Source: an uncultured virus (IMG/VR IMGVR_UViG_3300027833_000032) (taxonomy: Duplodnaviria; Heunggongvirae; Uroviricota; Caudoviricetes). From it: a DNA stretch of 64,000 nucleotides. The stretch lies in IMG/VR virus record IMGVR_UViG_3300027833_000032. One strand, written 5' to 3'. The translations under genes were made by a program, and so were the position numbers. Positions 38,001 to 46,772 of this stretch are shown here, piece after piece (position 1 is the first letter of the stretch; each line of letters begins with the position of its first letter). Below the pieces are notes generated by a model. It saw nothing but the letters and a program-made list of their open reading frames with translations. It was not told the origin of the DNA and searched no databases.

Positions 38001-41000
38001 CTCGGTTACTGCCGGTGAAGCATACTATATGGCAGCTGCAAAGACTGTTATTGAAAATCAAAATAATGAAACGGTTGCTGCATATAAGCGTCTTAAAGAT
38101 CAAACCAATAAGTTACTTGACGGTGATTCTTATGAAGCTACTTCAAGAACAGACGCTGCGTTTGATGAAATATTAGAAATACTTGAAAACGATAACACAG
38201 CATATACACCAACTAACGCAACTTACGATGCTGCTACTGGTAAGATGGTTATAACATTAGATACAAGCACGAAGTTTAATGTTTCTAATGCAACTTACGA
38301 TCCTGCATCCGGCGTAATGACTGCAACGATTGGTACTCACGAACTAGTAGTTGGTGATTATATCAGATTTAAACCTGCGTCAATTACATTTAGTTGTAAT
38401 GCTGGTTCAGGTGTACAAAACCACGCAGTTCCTGAAGCTCATCACCCATATTATGACAAGCCAGTTAAAATTACTAACGTGTCTGGTAATGTTATAACAA
38501 TGAATGTTGGTTACGGTGGGGCTACTGGTCAACAAGTTCACACATTCGTTTCAGCTGCTCCGCAAGCGATTAGCTCAAGTCACGGTTTAAGTACTGGCAG
38601 AAAGGTACTACTGAAAAATAACAGTTTTGTATTTACTTGTTCAAGAGATAATTACTTAACAAGACATGCATATCCAAGAGCGACTGACCCTGCCGCAAGA
38701 GCACCGCTTGAAGTATTGGGTGCTAATGCAACAACAATTACAATTAATGTTGGCGCATCGGCAATAGTTGACGAACATAGGTTTGTTGAAGCTAAATCTA
38801 AAGCTGTTTCAATATTAGGAAATGATATTAGATGGAGCGACAATACTGGTATTGCTGCTAATAGCACAAACGCGCGTAAACAACTACAAGCTAATAAAAC
38901 ATTCTTAGCAGATTATGTTGAAGGTTATATTGATGAAACATATTTCATATATGACTCTAAGAAATGTCGTAGAGACACAAAACAATACATATTACCAGCT
39001 GTTGAAAGAGATATCTTAACTGGTTCTAACTATAATGCAATCCAAACTGGTATTGCATATCGTGCAGGTACTACACTTGCAGATAATGTTATTAACGAAC
39101 AGTTAGTTCAAACTGTTGGTGCGATGAATGAAATTAAAACAAGAATTAATTTAAATAATGTTGAATCTGGATTTACTGTAACGAATGCTACTTATGACCC
39201 AGCTACTGGTATTATGGTAGCAACTGTTGGAACAGGTCACGGATTAGCAGTTGATGATTACGTTAAGTTTGCAGATGCTGGTATTACATTTAGTTGTGAT
39301 ACAGGTTCGGGCGTTACTAACCATGCTGTACCTGAATCTCACCACCCTTATTATAGAACTCCTTGCCCAGTTATTGGTGTAGACAAAACAACTATTACAT
39401 TGAATGTTGGAAACGGCGGAACTGGACAACAAGCTCATACATTTGTATCAGCTGTAGCTAACGCAATTACTCCTGAAAAAGGAATTGGTTTAAGCTTTAC
39501 TCCAACGGACGCTACTTACGATCCTGAAAGTGGAATGTTTACAGCAACCATCGGTAGACACGGTTTACAACCTGGCAACTATGTTAAGTTCTTAGCTAAC
39601 GGTGTTACATTTAGTTGTGACGCGGGAAGTGGCGTACAGAATGATTCAATACCTGAAGCTCATCACGCATATTATAATCACCCATGTCCTATTGAGTCTG
39701 TAACGCCAAATACTATTACAATGTTTGTTGGTTACAGTGCTGCTTATCCTCATACTTTTGTATCTGCTCTTCCAAACGCAATTACTCACATGGTAAGTAT
39801 AGACGATAATGCTTCAGGATTTAGAAGTAATGAAGCTATTGATAAGATTACAAGTATTCTACAGAGTAGTGGTAAAACATACACAACAACTAACGCTACT
39901 TACAGCCCAAGCTCCGGTTTAACAGTTATAACAATTGGTGCTCATGATTTACAGGCTGGCGATAAAATTAATATTGCTGCTAACAGCATGACATTTACTT
40001 GTGATACTGATGGCAACGTAACTAATTATACATATCCAACAACAACAATTACTAATTTCACACCTACTAATGCTACTTACGATCCAGCAACAGGTGTGTT
40101 CACAGCAACTATCGGCTCTCATAAACTGAAAGCTGGTGATCAGATTGAAGTTGCACCAGAGAGTATTACATTTAGTTGTGCTATAGACGGTAATGCAACA
40201 AATCATCCTGTACCTGAAGCACACCATACTTTCTGGAAGAAAAAGATTACATTGACTGCAGTTGATTCTACAACCATTACAGCTAATGTTGGTGTTAGTG
40301 CAAATGGCGGTGGAGCACATACCTTTGTATCTGCTCTTCCAAATGCAATACAAGGCGAAAGACAGCATCCTGCATATAAGAAACCTGTAGTAATTGCTTC
40401 AACAACTGCAACATCTATTACTGTTAATGTTGGTACGTCTTCTGATCTATCACCACACACATTTATATCAGCGACTGCAAATAATATCAAGACTGCTAAA
40501 TACGTTTCAACATACACACCAACAAACGCTACATACGATGGTACTACTGGTGTATTTGTTGCAACAATCGGCAGACATAATTTAGAAGCTGGTGATTACG
40601 TACAAGTTAAAACTGGCTCTATTGTATTTACATGTGCTCTTGACGGAAACGCTACTGAACATGCAATTCCTGAAGCTCATCACTCTGCAACTTATATGAC
40701 TCCAATTCAAATTGACTCAGTAACTTCTGACTCAATATCGATGAATGTAGGAACTGCTGTTGGTGGAGCTCATACATTTGTTAGAGCAGAAGTTGGAGCA
40801 ATCGATTCAGACGCTATAGTATTTACTGACCCTGCTGCACAAATCAAACACTACACACCTACAACTGCAACATTTATTCCTGCATCTGGTATCAGTGTAG
40901 TAACTAGTGCAAATCACGGTTTAACAACTGACGATTGGGTAGAGTTTGCACCATATAGTTTCACATTCACTTGTTCACTTGACGGTGATGCAACAGAGCA

Positions 41001-44000
41001 TTCATACCCAAGAAAAGGTGATGTTAACTATAGAAAACCAATGCAGATTACTGCAGTTACAACAGACACATTTACTGTTAATTTAGGTGCTACTTCAGGT
41101 GGTACTCACACATTTGTATCTTGTGAAAAGCATGCTGTAACTCATGTATCTACTAACGGCCAAGGTCAATATGCAAGAGAACAACTACAGAATAACAAAG
41201 CATTCCTTGCGTCTGATGTTCAAGAATATCTAGATACACAATACTTCGTATTTAATGGCGATAAGTGTTCAAGAGATTCAGGATTTATTCTTGACTCAGT
41301 AAGAAGAGATATTGCTACAGGTTCTACTTGGAACTCTCAATTCATGGGACTAGGTTATAGAACAGGTTCAGTAGGTGCTAACAGAGTTATTAACGATCAG
41401 TTAGTTCAAACTACTGCTGCTATTAATTATCTTAAAGCTAAGGTTGCTGCTGATCCTAATGTAACAGGAACTGCACTTACAAGATCAAATCAACACTTTG
41501 ATAAGATCGTTGATATTCTAACTAATGGTGCAGCAAATACTGGTACTAAATCATACGGTACAACTGCTGCATTAAGTACTAACCATCTTGAAGCTTCTAA
41601 TCAATTAATTGCTAATAGAGCATTTATGATTGCTGAAGTTACTGCTTACATAGCGGTTAATTATCCTTCATTAACATACACTGTTGCTGATTGTGAAAGA
41701 GATACAGGTTACTTGATTGATTCGTTAGCACAAGATGTTAGGTTTGGTGGAAATACATGTTCTGTTAACTTCGCAAGACTATATTTTGAAAACGCAAACT
41801 CAGTATTAGCTGCAGATCAAAAAGAACCTACATACAAGACATGGGAACATATTGCCAAGGTTGCTTCGGATATTGTTAGAGACATAACAATTACTGTAAG
41901 TACTGGTAATGCTGTTGTTCAAGATGTATCAGGAACAGACTACGGTGTTGAAGTTGCTAACTTAGCAAGAGATAGAGTTAATATTGTAACCCAAGCAATC
42001 TCTGATGATTCACTTGATTACCTTCCTGACTATATCGAGCCTGCAGTTGAACCTGCCATGCTAACAGCAGTTAATGCAATCGACGGTATAACAGAAAATC
42101 TAAAAGAGTCTGTTATTGAATATCTTGTAGATACTTACAACGGTTTACCGATTGCTAGAGAAAAATGTACTCGTGATGTTGGTATTATTCTTGACGCTGT
42201 ATCTCGTGATATTGAATACGGCGGAAACGAAAATACATTAGAAGCTATCGATTATTACTTTAAGAGATTTAATTCTGAAAGTGCTGATTATGAACAACAG
42301 CGATCAACTAACGTATTGCCAATTAAAGTATTAGGACAGTTTAAAACACTATCCGATTACGAAGATACTGCTAACGTATCTGGTTTAAGAGAAAAGATTA
42401 ATGTTCTTCCTCGTGAACAGCGCGAACCAATACAAGCTGCATTTAAACGACTTGCAGACGTTGCTGAAACTGTAGTTAAAGAAGTTGCACATACAACAAG
42501 TTATACTACATTTACTCCAACCAACGCGGTATATAATCCAGCGACTGGAGTAATGACTGCAACAATCGGATCTCATACACTTGATGTTGGTAGCAAGATA
42601 TACTTGAAGCCAAATGGAATTACGTTCAGCTGTGACATGGGCCAAGGCAGTGGTGTACAGAGTCATTCTTCACCACAGAAACATCACCCATATTACAGTG
42701 AACCAGTTACTATTACAGCAATAGGTGCAAACACAATTACAATGAATGTAGGTACTGGTGGCTCCGGTCAACAAGCACACTCATTTGTTTCTGCTCTTAC
42801 TGACTCAATGTCAACAGGGCCTTATCAAAATACTGATGGCACAGCTGTTAATACCGCTACAGGTACTGCAGTTCATGACTTAATTGAAACAGTTGCTAAA
42901 TTCATGGATTATACAAATATTGAAGATGACGAATTACCAACACTCGTCCAAGCTTCGTTTGATCCTAACAGAACATTAGCAAGAAAGCAATTACAAAGAA
43001 ACAGAGACTTTATCATTAAAGAAGTTCGAGGATATATTAAAGATCGTTACTACACATTCGATGGCGATAAGTGTAAGCGTGATGTTTCTTTACTTCTTGA
43101 CGGAGTTAAAGTTGACGTGCTAACTGGTTCAAACTATAACGCAATTCACAACGGACTTGCATATAGAATTGAAACAGCTGGAACTAATAAAGTAATTAAT
43201 GAACAATTAACAGAAACAGTTAAAGGCATTGAATACGCTAAAGCTAAAGCAGTTGCTGCTGTAGCTGATCAAGCACTTCAAACTAAGACTGAAGAAGCAT
43301 TTGACGAGATCATAGATATTATGACTAAGGGTCGAACTGCTGCTGACGCAATTGATTTTTCTTCAAATGCACTTAATGTTAATAAAATTAATGGTAGATC
43401 TCAATTACAAAATAACAAAGCATTCTTACAGGCTGAAATAATAGCTTGGCTTACTGCTAACAGACCTTCACATACTTATGATACTGCTAAGTGCCAAAGA
43501 GATACAGGTTACTTAATAGATGCTATATCATTTGATCTACAACACGGTGGTAACTTCGGTACTCTCAACTTTACTAGACTATACTTTGAGAATGGTGTAA
43601 ATGTTGGATTACCTATAAATCAGCGTGAACCTTCATATGCTGCATTCAGACATCTTGGTGATTGTGCAGAATTAATTATACAAGATACTGATATAGGCGG
43701 ACTTAAGTCTGCTGGCAACAGTGCAACTCAAGATATGGCTGGTGCATCTGGTGGAGTTTTACTAGCTGCCGACGGTGAAAAATTATTTGATACATGTGCT
43801 CAAATACTTGAAGATAATACCATGTTAATGGCTCCGGCATACGACTTGCCTGATGCTGCTGCACCATATAGTGTTGCTCAAATTGCTGCCTTTAATGCAA
43901 TAGATAATATTAAGACAATAGTTGCTGAAGGCTTAATAGAGTACGTATCTACATTCTACGATATCTTACCATTTAGTGAAACTAAGTGTAGTAGAGATAT

Positions 44001-46290
44001 TGGGTTTATTGTAGATGCTGTATCTCACGATATCCAATACGGCGGAAACAGTGCGTCAGTCCAAACTGCAGGAATGTATTTTGAGAATGCTGTAAATACT
44101 GGATTGAAAATTGAGCAAAGACTAGGCACAAAAGATGCATTCTTACACATGGCCAAAGTTATAGAGCATGTTGCTGGTGCAGTAGATATTACAACAACTG
44201 CATTCCCTAAAGAAGCAGTATTCTACACAGGCGATATTTTAACTCAATATGACTACTGGCATGGTACTGAATCTTATCAAACAACAGAGAAACAAGATAA
44301 GAAAGTAGTTGGAGCTAATCCAAAAACATGTATAGCTGCAAGCGATCTTGTTAAAATAGTTGCTAACGCTGTTGATGATAATATTGAAGTTTCAACAACA
44401 ATACCAGAGATGATATTCCCATTAGAAACATGGGTAGCAGATAACTATAAAGTAGCTAAAGACTTGGTTGATAATCAAAGAGAAACAATAAGTGAATCAG
44501 TAATCACATATCTAAGTGGTACACATGATGCACTAAGTTTCCCTGCAGCAAAATGTAGAAGAGATATTGGATATATTGTAGATGCTATATCACACGATGT
44601 TCAGTATGGCGGAAACTTTGCAACAAGACAAGCCGCTGGTATCTACTTCGAAAATGGTGTTTCAGTATTACCGAGCGACACAAGAAACCAATATTCAGAT
44701 ATATTGAATATTCTTGGTACGCTTGTTGATGGAGTAGTACAAGAAACTGATGTTTCAAATACACTATACACAATCACACCTCAAAATACTTTGGGTACTG
44801 CTGCAACATCAACAGAAGGTACGAGAGTTCATGATTTAGTTGCTTATATCGAAGGTGTTATAAGAGCTGATGATACTGATGAATTACCTGCAATCGAATC
44901 TGGTAATACTGCATGGGTTGACTCTGAATTAACAACAGCTGCAACAACACTCGACGATGGTACTGAAGAGCTTGCAAGTGATGTTACAACCTTCATAAAT
45001 AGTAACTTTAATGTACTTGATTATAATAAAGCTAAGTGTAAGAGAGACACAGGATACTTACTAGATGCATTCAGTTATGACTTAAACTTCGGCGGAAACG
45101 CTGCTTCAAGATGGAATGCAGATTTCTACTTCTGGAACCAAGTATATAGATTACCTGAAGATCAAAGAATACCGACTGCTAAGTCTTACAGACATCTTGG
45201 AAAAATCTGTAAAGATATAGTAATTGGTGAATACGCTGGTCAAGTTCAGAACGGTGAAGTTGCAACAACAGTTGAAAGTACTAAGGTTGAAGGATTAGCA
45301 AATATCTTCTACTCTACTCAATTGTATAATGACACTAAGTACTTACCATTGCTTGAAGAACCTACTTATCTGAATCCTGTATTTGCAGATGCTCAAAACA
45401 TCCTTGCACAGCAAAGACAAGCTTTACAATATCAGACAGTTGGTTATGTTGGAAAAACATACAAGTTTATTGATCTTAACTTAACGAGACGTGATGCTAA
45501 GAACTTATTAACTGCGGTTACTAATGACTTTAAATATCAGAAGTACGACTCTACTATTGCAACACCAACATACACAGACGCTGGTAGTTCAAATGCAACA
45601 ATGACATATACTGCTGCATTCTTTGACTTCCAAGGCAGACATGTATTCCCAGTGTTTAATCCAACAAAACAAGACTTGAAGTATCAAGGTTCAGTTTCGC
45701 TTCTATCAGATCTAGCAGCAAAAACTGGAATGAAACTTAATCATTCATATATTGTTGCTACTGATTACGCTACCAACTATTACGCTGGTAATATATATTA
45801 TTGGAATGGTACAACTTGGGTATTAGATGGTGTTAATAATACTGATCTTCTAGACGCGTTTACTGGTGCTTGGGATAGAATGAGAACAAACATTGTTACT
45901 AACTATTCACCTGACTCACAACATTCATTAATGGTTGAAGGATTATTTAATGATTGTCTGAAAGATAACATCTTGCGTCCTAGAACATTAGTATTTGGTT
46001 CGTTGGTTGAATCCATTGCTCACCAGTTCAACGGTGCATCGGCTGGTGTTAATAGAAACGCGCTGCCACTTAACTTCAGAAACCTCGGTGCTGCTATATC
46101 AGCAATCGCTTCGGTACTTAATGAAGATGGTGGTAGAATCCGATGGTCAGGTGCTGATGAATTGAATAACCAGTACTTCGCAAGAGGATTAAAAATTAAC
46201 GGTCGAACCGGAAGAATTGAAGGTAGACCATTTACATCTTCTGTTAGAAAACTCGCAAGAAGAGCTTCTAATAGTAGAGCGTCAATTTAA
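35062..46290 (+). CDS. giant multidomain virion structural protein (3742 aa)
   Basis: MSKISEL fibre-type N-terminus, S/T/N/D beta-solenoid repeats, 11 CxRD helical repeats, 9 TNATYDP beta repeats; in the late structural cluster. Confidence 0.85.
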   Translation: MSKISELGSITGANTRSEDLLVIVNLVQGDDGTKNITRKELVQAIQYEIFDRITITGGTISGVAMSDSTLDNVTIDNSNIEDTVFIRGSIDATTITNSDANNLVITSSSFTDGSLVDSTGQNLTIANSSFDDGTITNSDISNTNFTDGAIFDSTANNVVITNSQFNDGTGNNVTLTNSIIDDSSITDSTANNVTMTSSTFTSGAVADSTANNVTITSSSFTSGTLLDSTGVNVDLTGSDFSDGTGANNIFTDTALLNGTANNFVITSSQLNDSTVNNTIITSSEFNDGTGNNVTLTNSTIDDSTFTDGTISNTEFQGTMQNVVATDMTIRSSAADGLSSNNSTFENGAVSGSTFDGGTITNTNLVDFDMNLTQEFDAPMDDESYFAIRNERTGDTEQINFNQLFEEVSKKTAQALKVNVDAGSGDDKNPGTMMQPVRTLERAFELCLEKAGGELNRNAINNAVHISVGPGTYYTKGNLMLPDDCSCTSTAGQYATVIEALPGYENNNGILVGSGCYVQGFGYQNWKVDNFDFPEGGFAIAYRPGAKLLRSPYLRDSTQLSNFLRQDVEPPLNPYNTKGTLADLGQTFVLATGLTGTWSVDDEIKFSSGAIGFLTWDDTLDTAKGYTADIAVNRTIRVRNLKNGVGFKIGDSITSESGGVGVIESIGIDDFPNREVGRGGGCVLADRRVLDPDSLYTYVLCFGFTPRTQNGLGYVARDGAGINGIGSLSIFVRCAFYALNGGQMTLNNSGTQFGDISMRAKGTSQFFQPKNTTATIVGNTVFGTSLMDNSDDIITDMTDYLTDSVASGGLGYTGYDSVKCERDTGIIIDGVGYDIAVDSNYWSRLAGITYRSPISSKVVGDQLEATLGANVFLQSRIEDIFATANNEIIPRANTSFQEMYNVVKYGEENMNPIIWQDTTKPQVAARELIQDNRQFITDTLIDWIENNEEFYAYDSKACRRDVSDYILPAVKNDMVFDTNFNSVTAGEAYYMAAAKTVIENQNNETVAAYKRLKDQTNKLLDGDSYEATSRTDAAFDEILEILENDNTAYTPTNATYDAATGKMVITLDTSTKFNVSNATYDPASGVMTATIGTHELVVGDYIRFKPASITFSCNAGSGVQNHAVPEAHHPYYDKPVKITNVSGNVITMNVGYGGATGQQVHTFVSAAPQAISSSHGLSTGRKVLLKNNSFVFTCSRDNYLTRHAYPRATDPAARAPLEVLGANATTITINVGASAIVDEHRFVEAKSKAVSILGNDIRWSDNTGIAANSTNARKQLQANKTFLADYVEGYIDETYFIYDSKKCRRDTKQYILPAVERDILTGSNYNAIQTGIAYRAGTTLADNVINEQLVQTVGAMNEIKTRINLNNVESGFTVTNATYDPATGIMVATVGTGHGLAVDDYVKFADAGITFSCDTGSGVTNHAVPESHHPYYRTPCPVIGVDKTTITLNVGNGGTGQQAHTFVSAVANAITPEKGIGLSFTPTDATYDPESGMFTATIGRHGLQPGNYVKFLANGVTFSCDAGSGVQNDSIPEAHHAYYNHPCPIESVTPNTITMFVGYSAAYPHTFVSALPNAITHMVSIDDNASGFRSNEAIDKITSILQSSGKTYTTTNATYSPSSGLTVITIGAHDLQAGDKINIAANSMTFTCDTDGNVTNYTYPTTTITNFTPTNATYDPATGVFTATIGSHKLKAGDQIEVAPESITFSCAIDGNATNHPVPEAHHTFWKKKITLTAVDSTTITANVGVSANGGGAHTFVSALPNAIQGERQHPAYKKPVVIASTTATSITVNVGTSSDLSPHTFISATANNIKTAKYVSTYTPTNATYDGTTGVFVATIGRHNLEAGDYVQVKTGSIVFTCALDGNATEHAIPEAHHSATYMTPIQIDSVTSDSISMNVGTAVGGAHTFVRAEVGAIDSDAIVFTDPAAQIKHYTPTTATFIPASGISVVTSANHGLTTDDWVEFAPYSFTFTCSLDGDATEHSYPRKGDVNYRKPMQITAVTTDTFTVNLGATSGGTHTFVSCEKHAVTHVSTNGQGQYAREQLQNNKAFLASDVQEYLDTQYFVFNGDKCSRDSGFILDSVRRDIATGSTWNSQFMGLGYRTGSVGANRVINDQLVQTTAAINYLKAKVAADPNVTGTALTRSNQHFDKIVDILTNGAANTGTKSYGTTAALSTNHLEASNQLIANRAFMIAEVTAYIAVNYPSLTYTVADCERDTGYLIDSLAQDVRFGGNTCSVNFARLYFENANSVLAADQKEPTYKTWEHIAKVASDIVRDITITVSTGNAVVQDVSGTDYGVEVANLARDRVNIVTQAISDDSLDYLPDYIEPAVEPAMLTAVNAIDGITENLKESVIEYLVDTYNGLPIAREKCTRDVGIILDAVSRDIEYGGNENTLEAIDYYFKRFNSESADYEQQRSTNVLPIKVLGQFKTLSDYEDTANVSGLREKINVLPREQREPIQAAFKRLADVAETVVKEVAHTTSYTTFTPTNAVYNPATGVMTATIGSHTLDVGSKIYLKPNGITFSCDMGQGSGVQSHSSPQKHHPYYSEPVTITAIGANTITMNVGTGGSGQQAHSFVSALTDSMSTGPYQNTDGTAVNTATGTAVHDLIETVAKFMDYTNIEDDELPTLVQASFDPNRTLARKQLQRNRDFIIKEVRGYIKDRYYTFDGDKCKRDVSLLLDGVKVDVLTGSNYNAIHNGLAYRIETAGTNKVINEQLTETVKGIEYAKAKAVAAVADQALQTKTEEAFDEIIDIMTKGRTAADAIDFSSNALNVNKINGRSQLQNNKAFLQAEIIAWLTANRPSHTYDTAKCQRDTGYLIDAISFDLQHGGNFGTLNFTRLYFENGVNVGLPINQREPSYAAFRHLGDCAELIIQDTDIGGLKSAGNSATQDMAGASGGVLLAADGEKLFDTCAQILEDNTMLMAPAYDLPDAAAPYSVAQIAAFNAIDNIKTIVAEGLIEYVSTFYDILPFSETKCSRDIGFIVDAVSHDIQYGGNSASVQTAGMYFENAVNTGLKIEQRLGTKDAFLHMAKVIEHVAGAVDITTTAFPKEAVFYTGDILTQYDYWHGTESYQTTEKQDKKVVGANPKTCIAASDLVKIVANAVDDNIEVSTTIPEMIFPLETWVADNYKVAKDLVDNQRETISESVITYLSGTHDALSFPAAKCRRDIGYIVDAISHDVQYGGNFATRQAAGIYFENGVSVLPSDTRNQYSDILNILGTLVDGVVQETDVSNTLYTITPQNTLGTAATSTEGTRVHDLVAYIEGVIRADDTDELPAIESGNTAWVDSELTTAATTLDDGTEELASDVTTFINSNFNVLDYNKAKCKRDTGYLLDAFSYDLNFGGNAASRWNADFYFWNQVYRLPEDQRIPTAKSYRHLGKICKDIVIGEYAGQVQNGEVATTVESTKVEGLANIFYSTQLYNDTKYLPLLEEPTYLNPVFADAQNILAQQRQALQYQTVGYVGKTYKFIDLNLTRRDAKNLLTAVTNDFKYQKYDSTIATPTYTDAGSSNATMTYTAAFFDFQGRHVFPVFNPTKQDLKYQGSVSLLSDLAAKTGMKLNHSYIVATDYATNYYAGNIYYWNGTTWVLDGVNNTDLLDAFTGAWDRMRTNIVTNYSPDSQHSLMVEGLFNDCLKDNILRPRTLVFGSLVESIAHQFNGASAGVNRNALPLNFRNLGAAISAIASVLNEDGGRIRWSGADELNNQYFARGLKINGRTGRIEGRPFTSSVRKLARRASNSRASI
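35220..36160 (+). repeat. pentapeptide-like / 20-aa S/T/N/D-rich coding repeats
   Basis: Recurrent units such as DSTANNVTITSSSFTSG and FNDGTGNNVTLTNS; boundaries approximate. Confidence 0.75.
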
Positions 46291-46303
46291 ATAGGATAAA
46301 GAT

Positions 46304-46729
46304 ATGCCAATCACTACAATTACAACATCGCAGGCGCCGGACGCAAAACCAGTCGCGATCAACACGATTGTATCTACCAACTGGCAAGTACTTGTTACTG
46401 TGCCTCAATATGAGGTTCCAGAATTAGTATTTGGTGGTAGTACAACTGTCGAACCTGGCGTTGGTGAAATTATTTCACCATTAATATTCTGTAACACAAC
46501 AGCTAATACAGCAACTATCGATGTAAGATTTCATCGTGAAGATGTTAACCAAGAGTTTTATGTTATTAGAAACATGCCAGTACCAGGTTACGAAACCACT
46601 GCAATCCCACTAAACGGCCAATTCTTAAAGAGCGGAGACACTCTTGAAGTATTAGGGAATACTGACTTAGCAATTCATGCTACGTTATCGTTCACATTAG
46701 GCCAATCTGAGGAAGATGACGTTGTCTAA
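46304..46729 (+). CDS. hypothetical virion protein
   Basis: 141-aa beta-rich ORF with AGGA RBS, directly after the giant gene. Confidence 0.75.
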   Translation: MPITTITTSQAPDAKPVAINTIVSTNWQVLVTVPQYEVPELVFGGSTTVEPGVGEIISPLIFCNTTANTATIDVRFHREDVNQEFYVIRNMPVPGYETTAIPLNGQFLKSGDTLEVLGNTDLAIHATLSFTLGQSEEDDVV

Positions 46730-46733
46730 AGAC

Positions 46734-46741
46734 AATAAATA
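46734..46741 (+). promoter_or_regulatory. T4 late promoter (AATAAATA variant)
   Basis: Intergenic, upstream of the collagen-like gene. Confidence 0.7.
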
Positions 46742-46772
46742 ATATAATATGATAAACGGAGACTAAAGTAAA

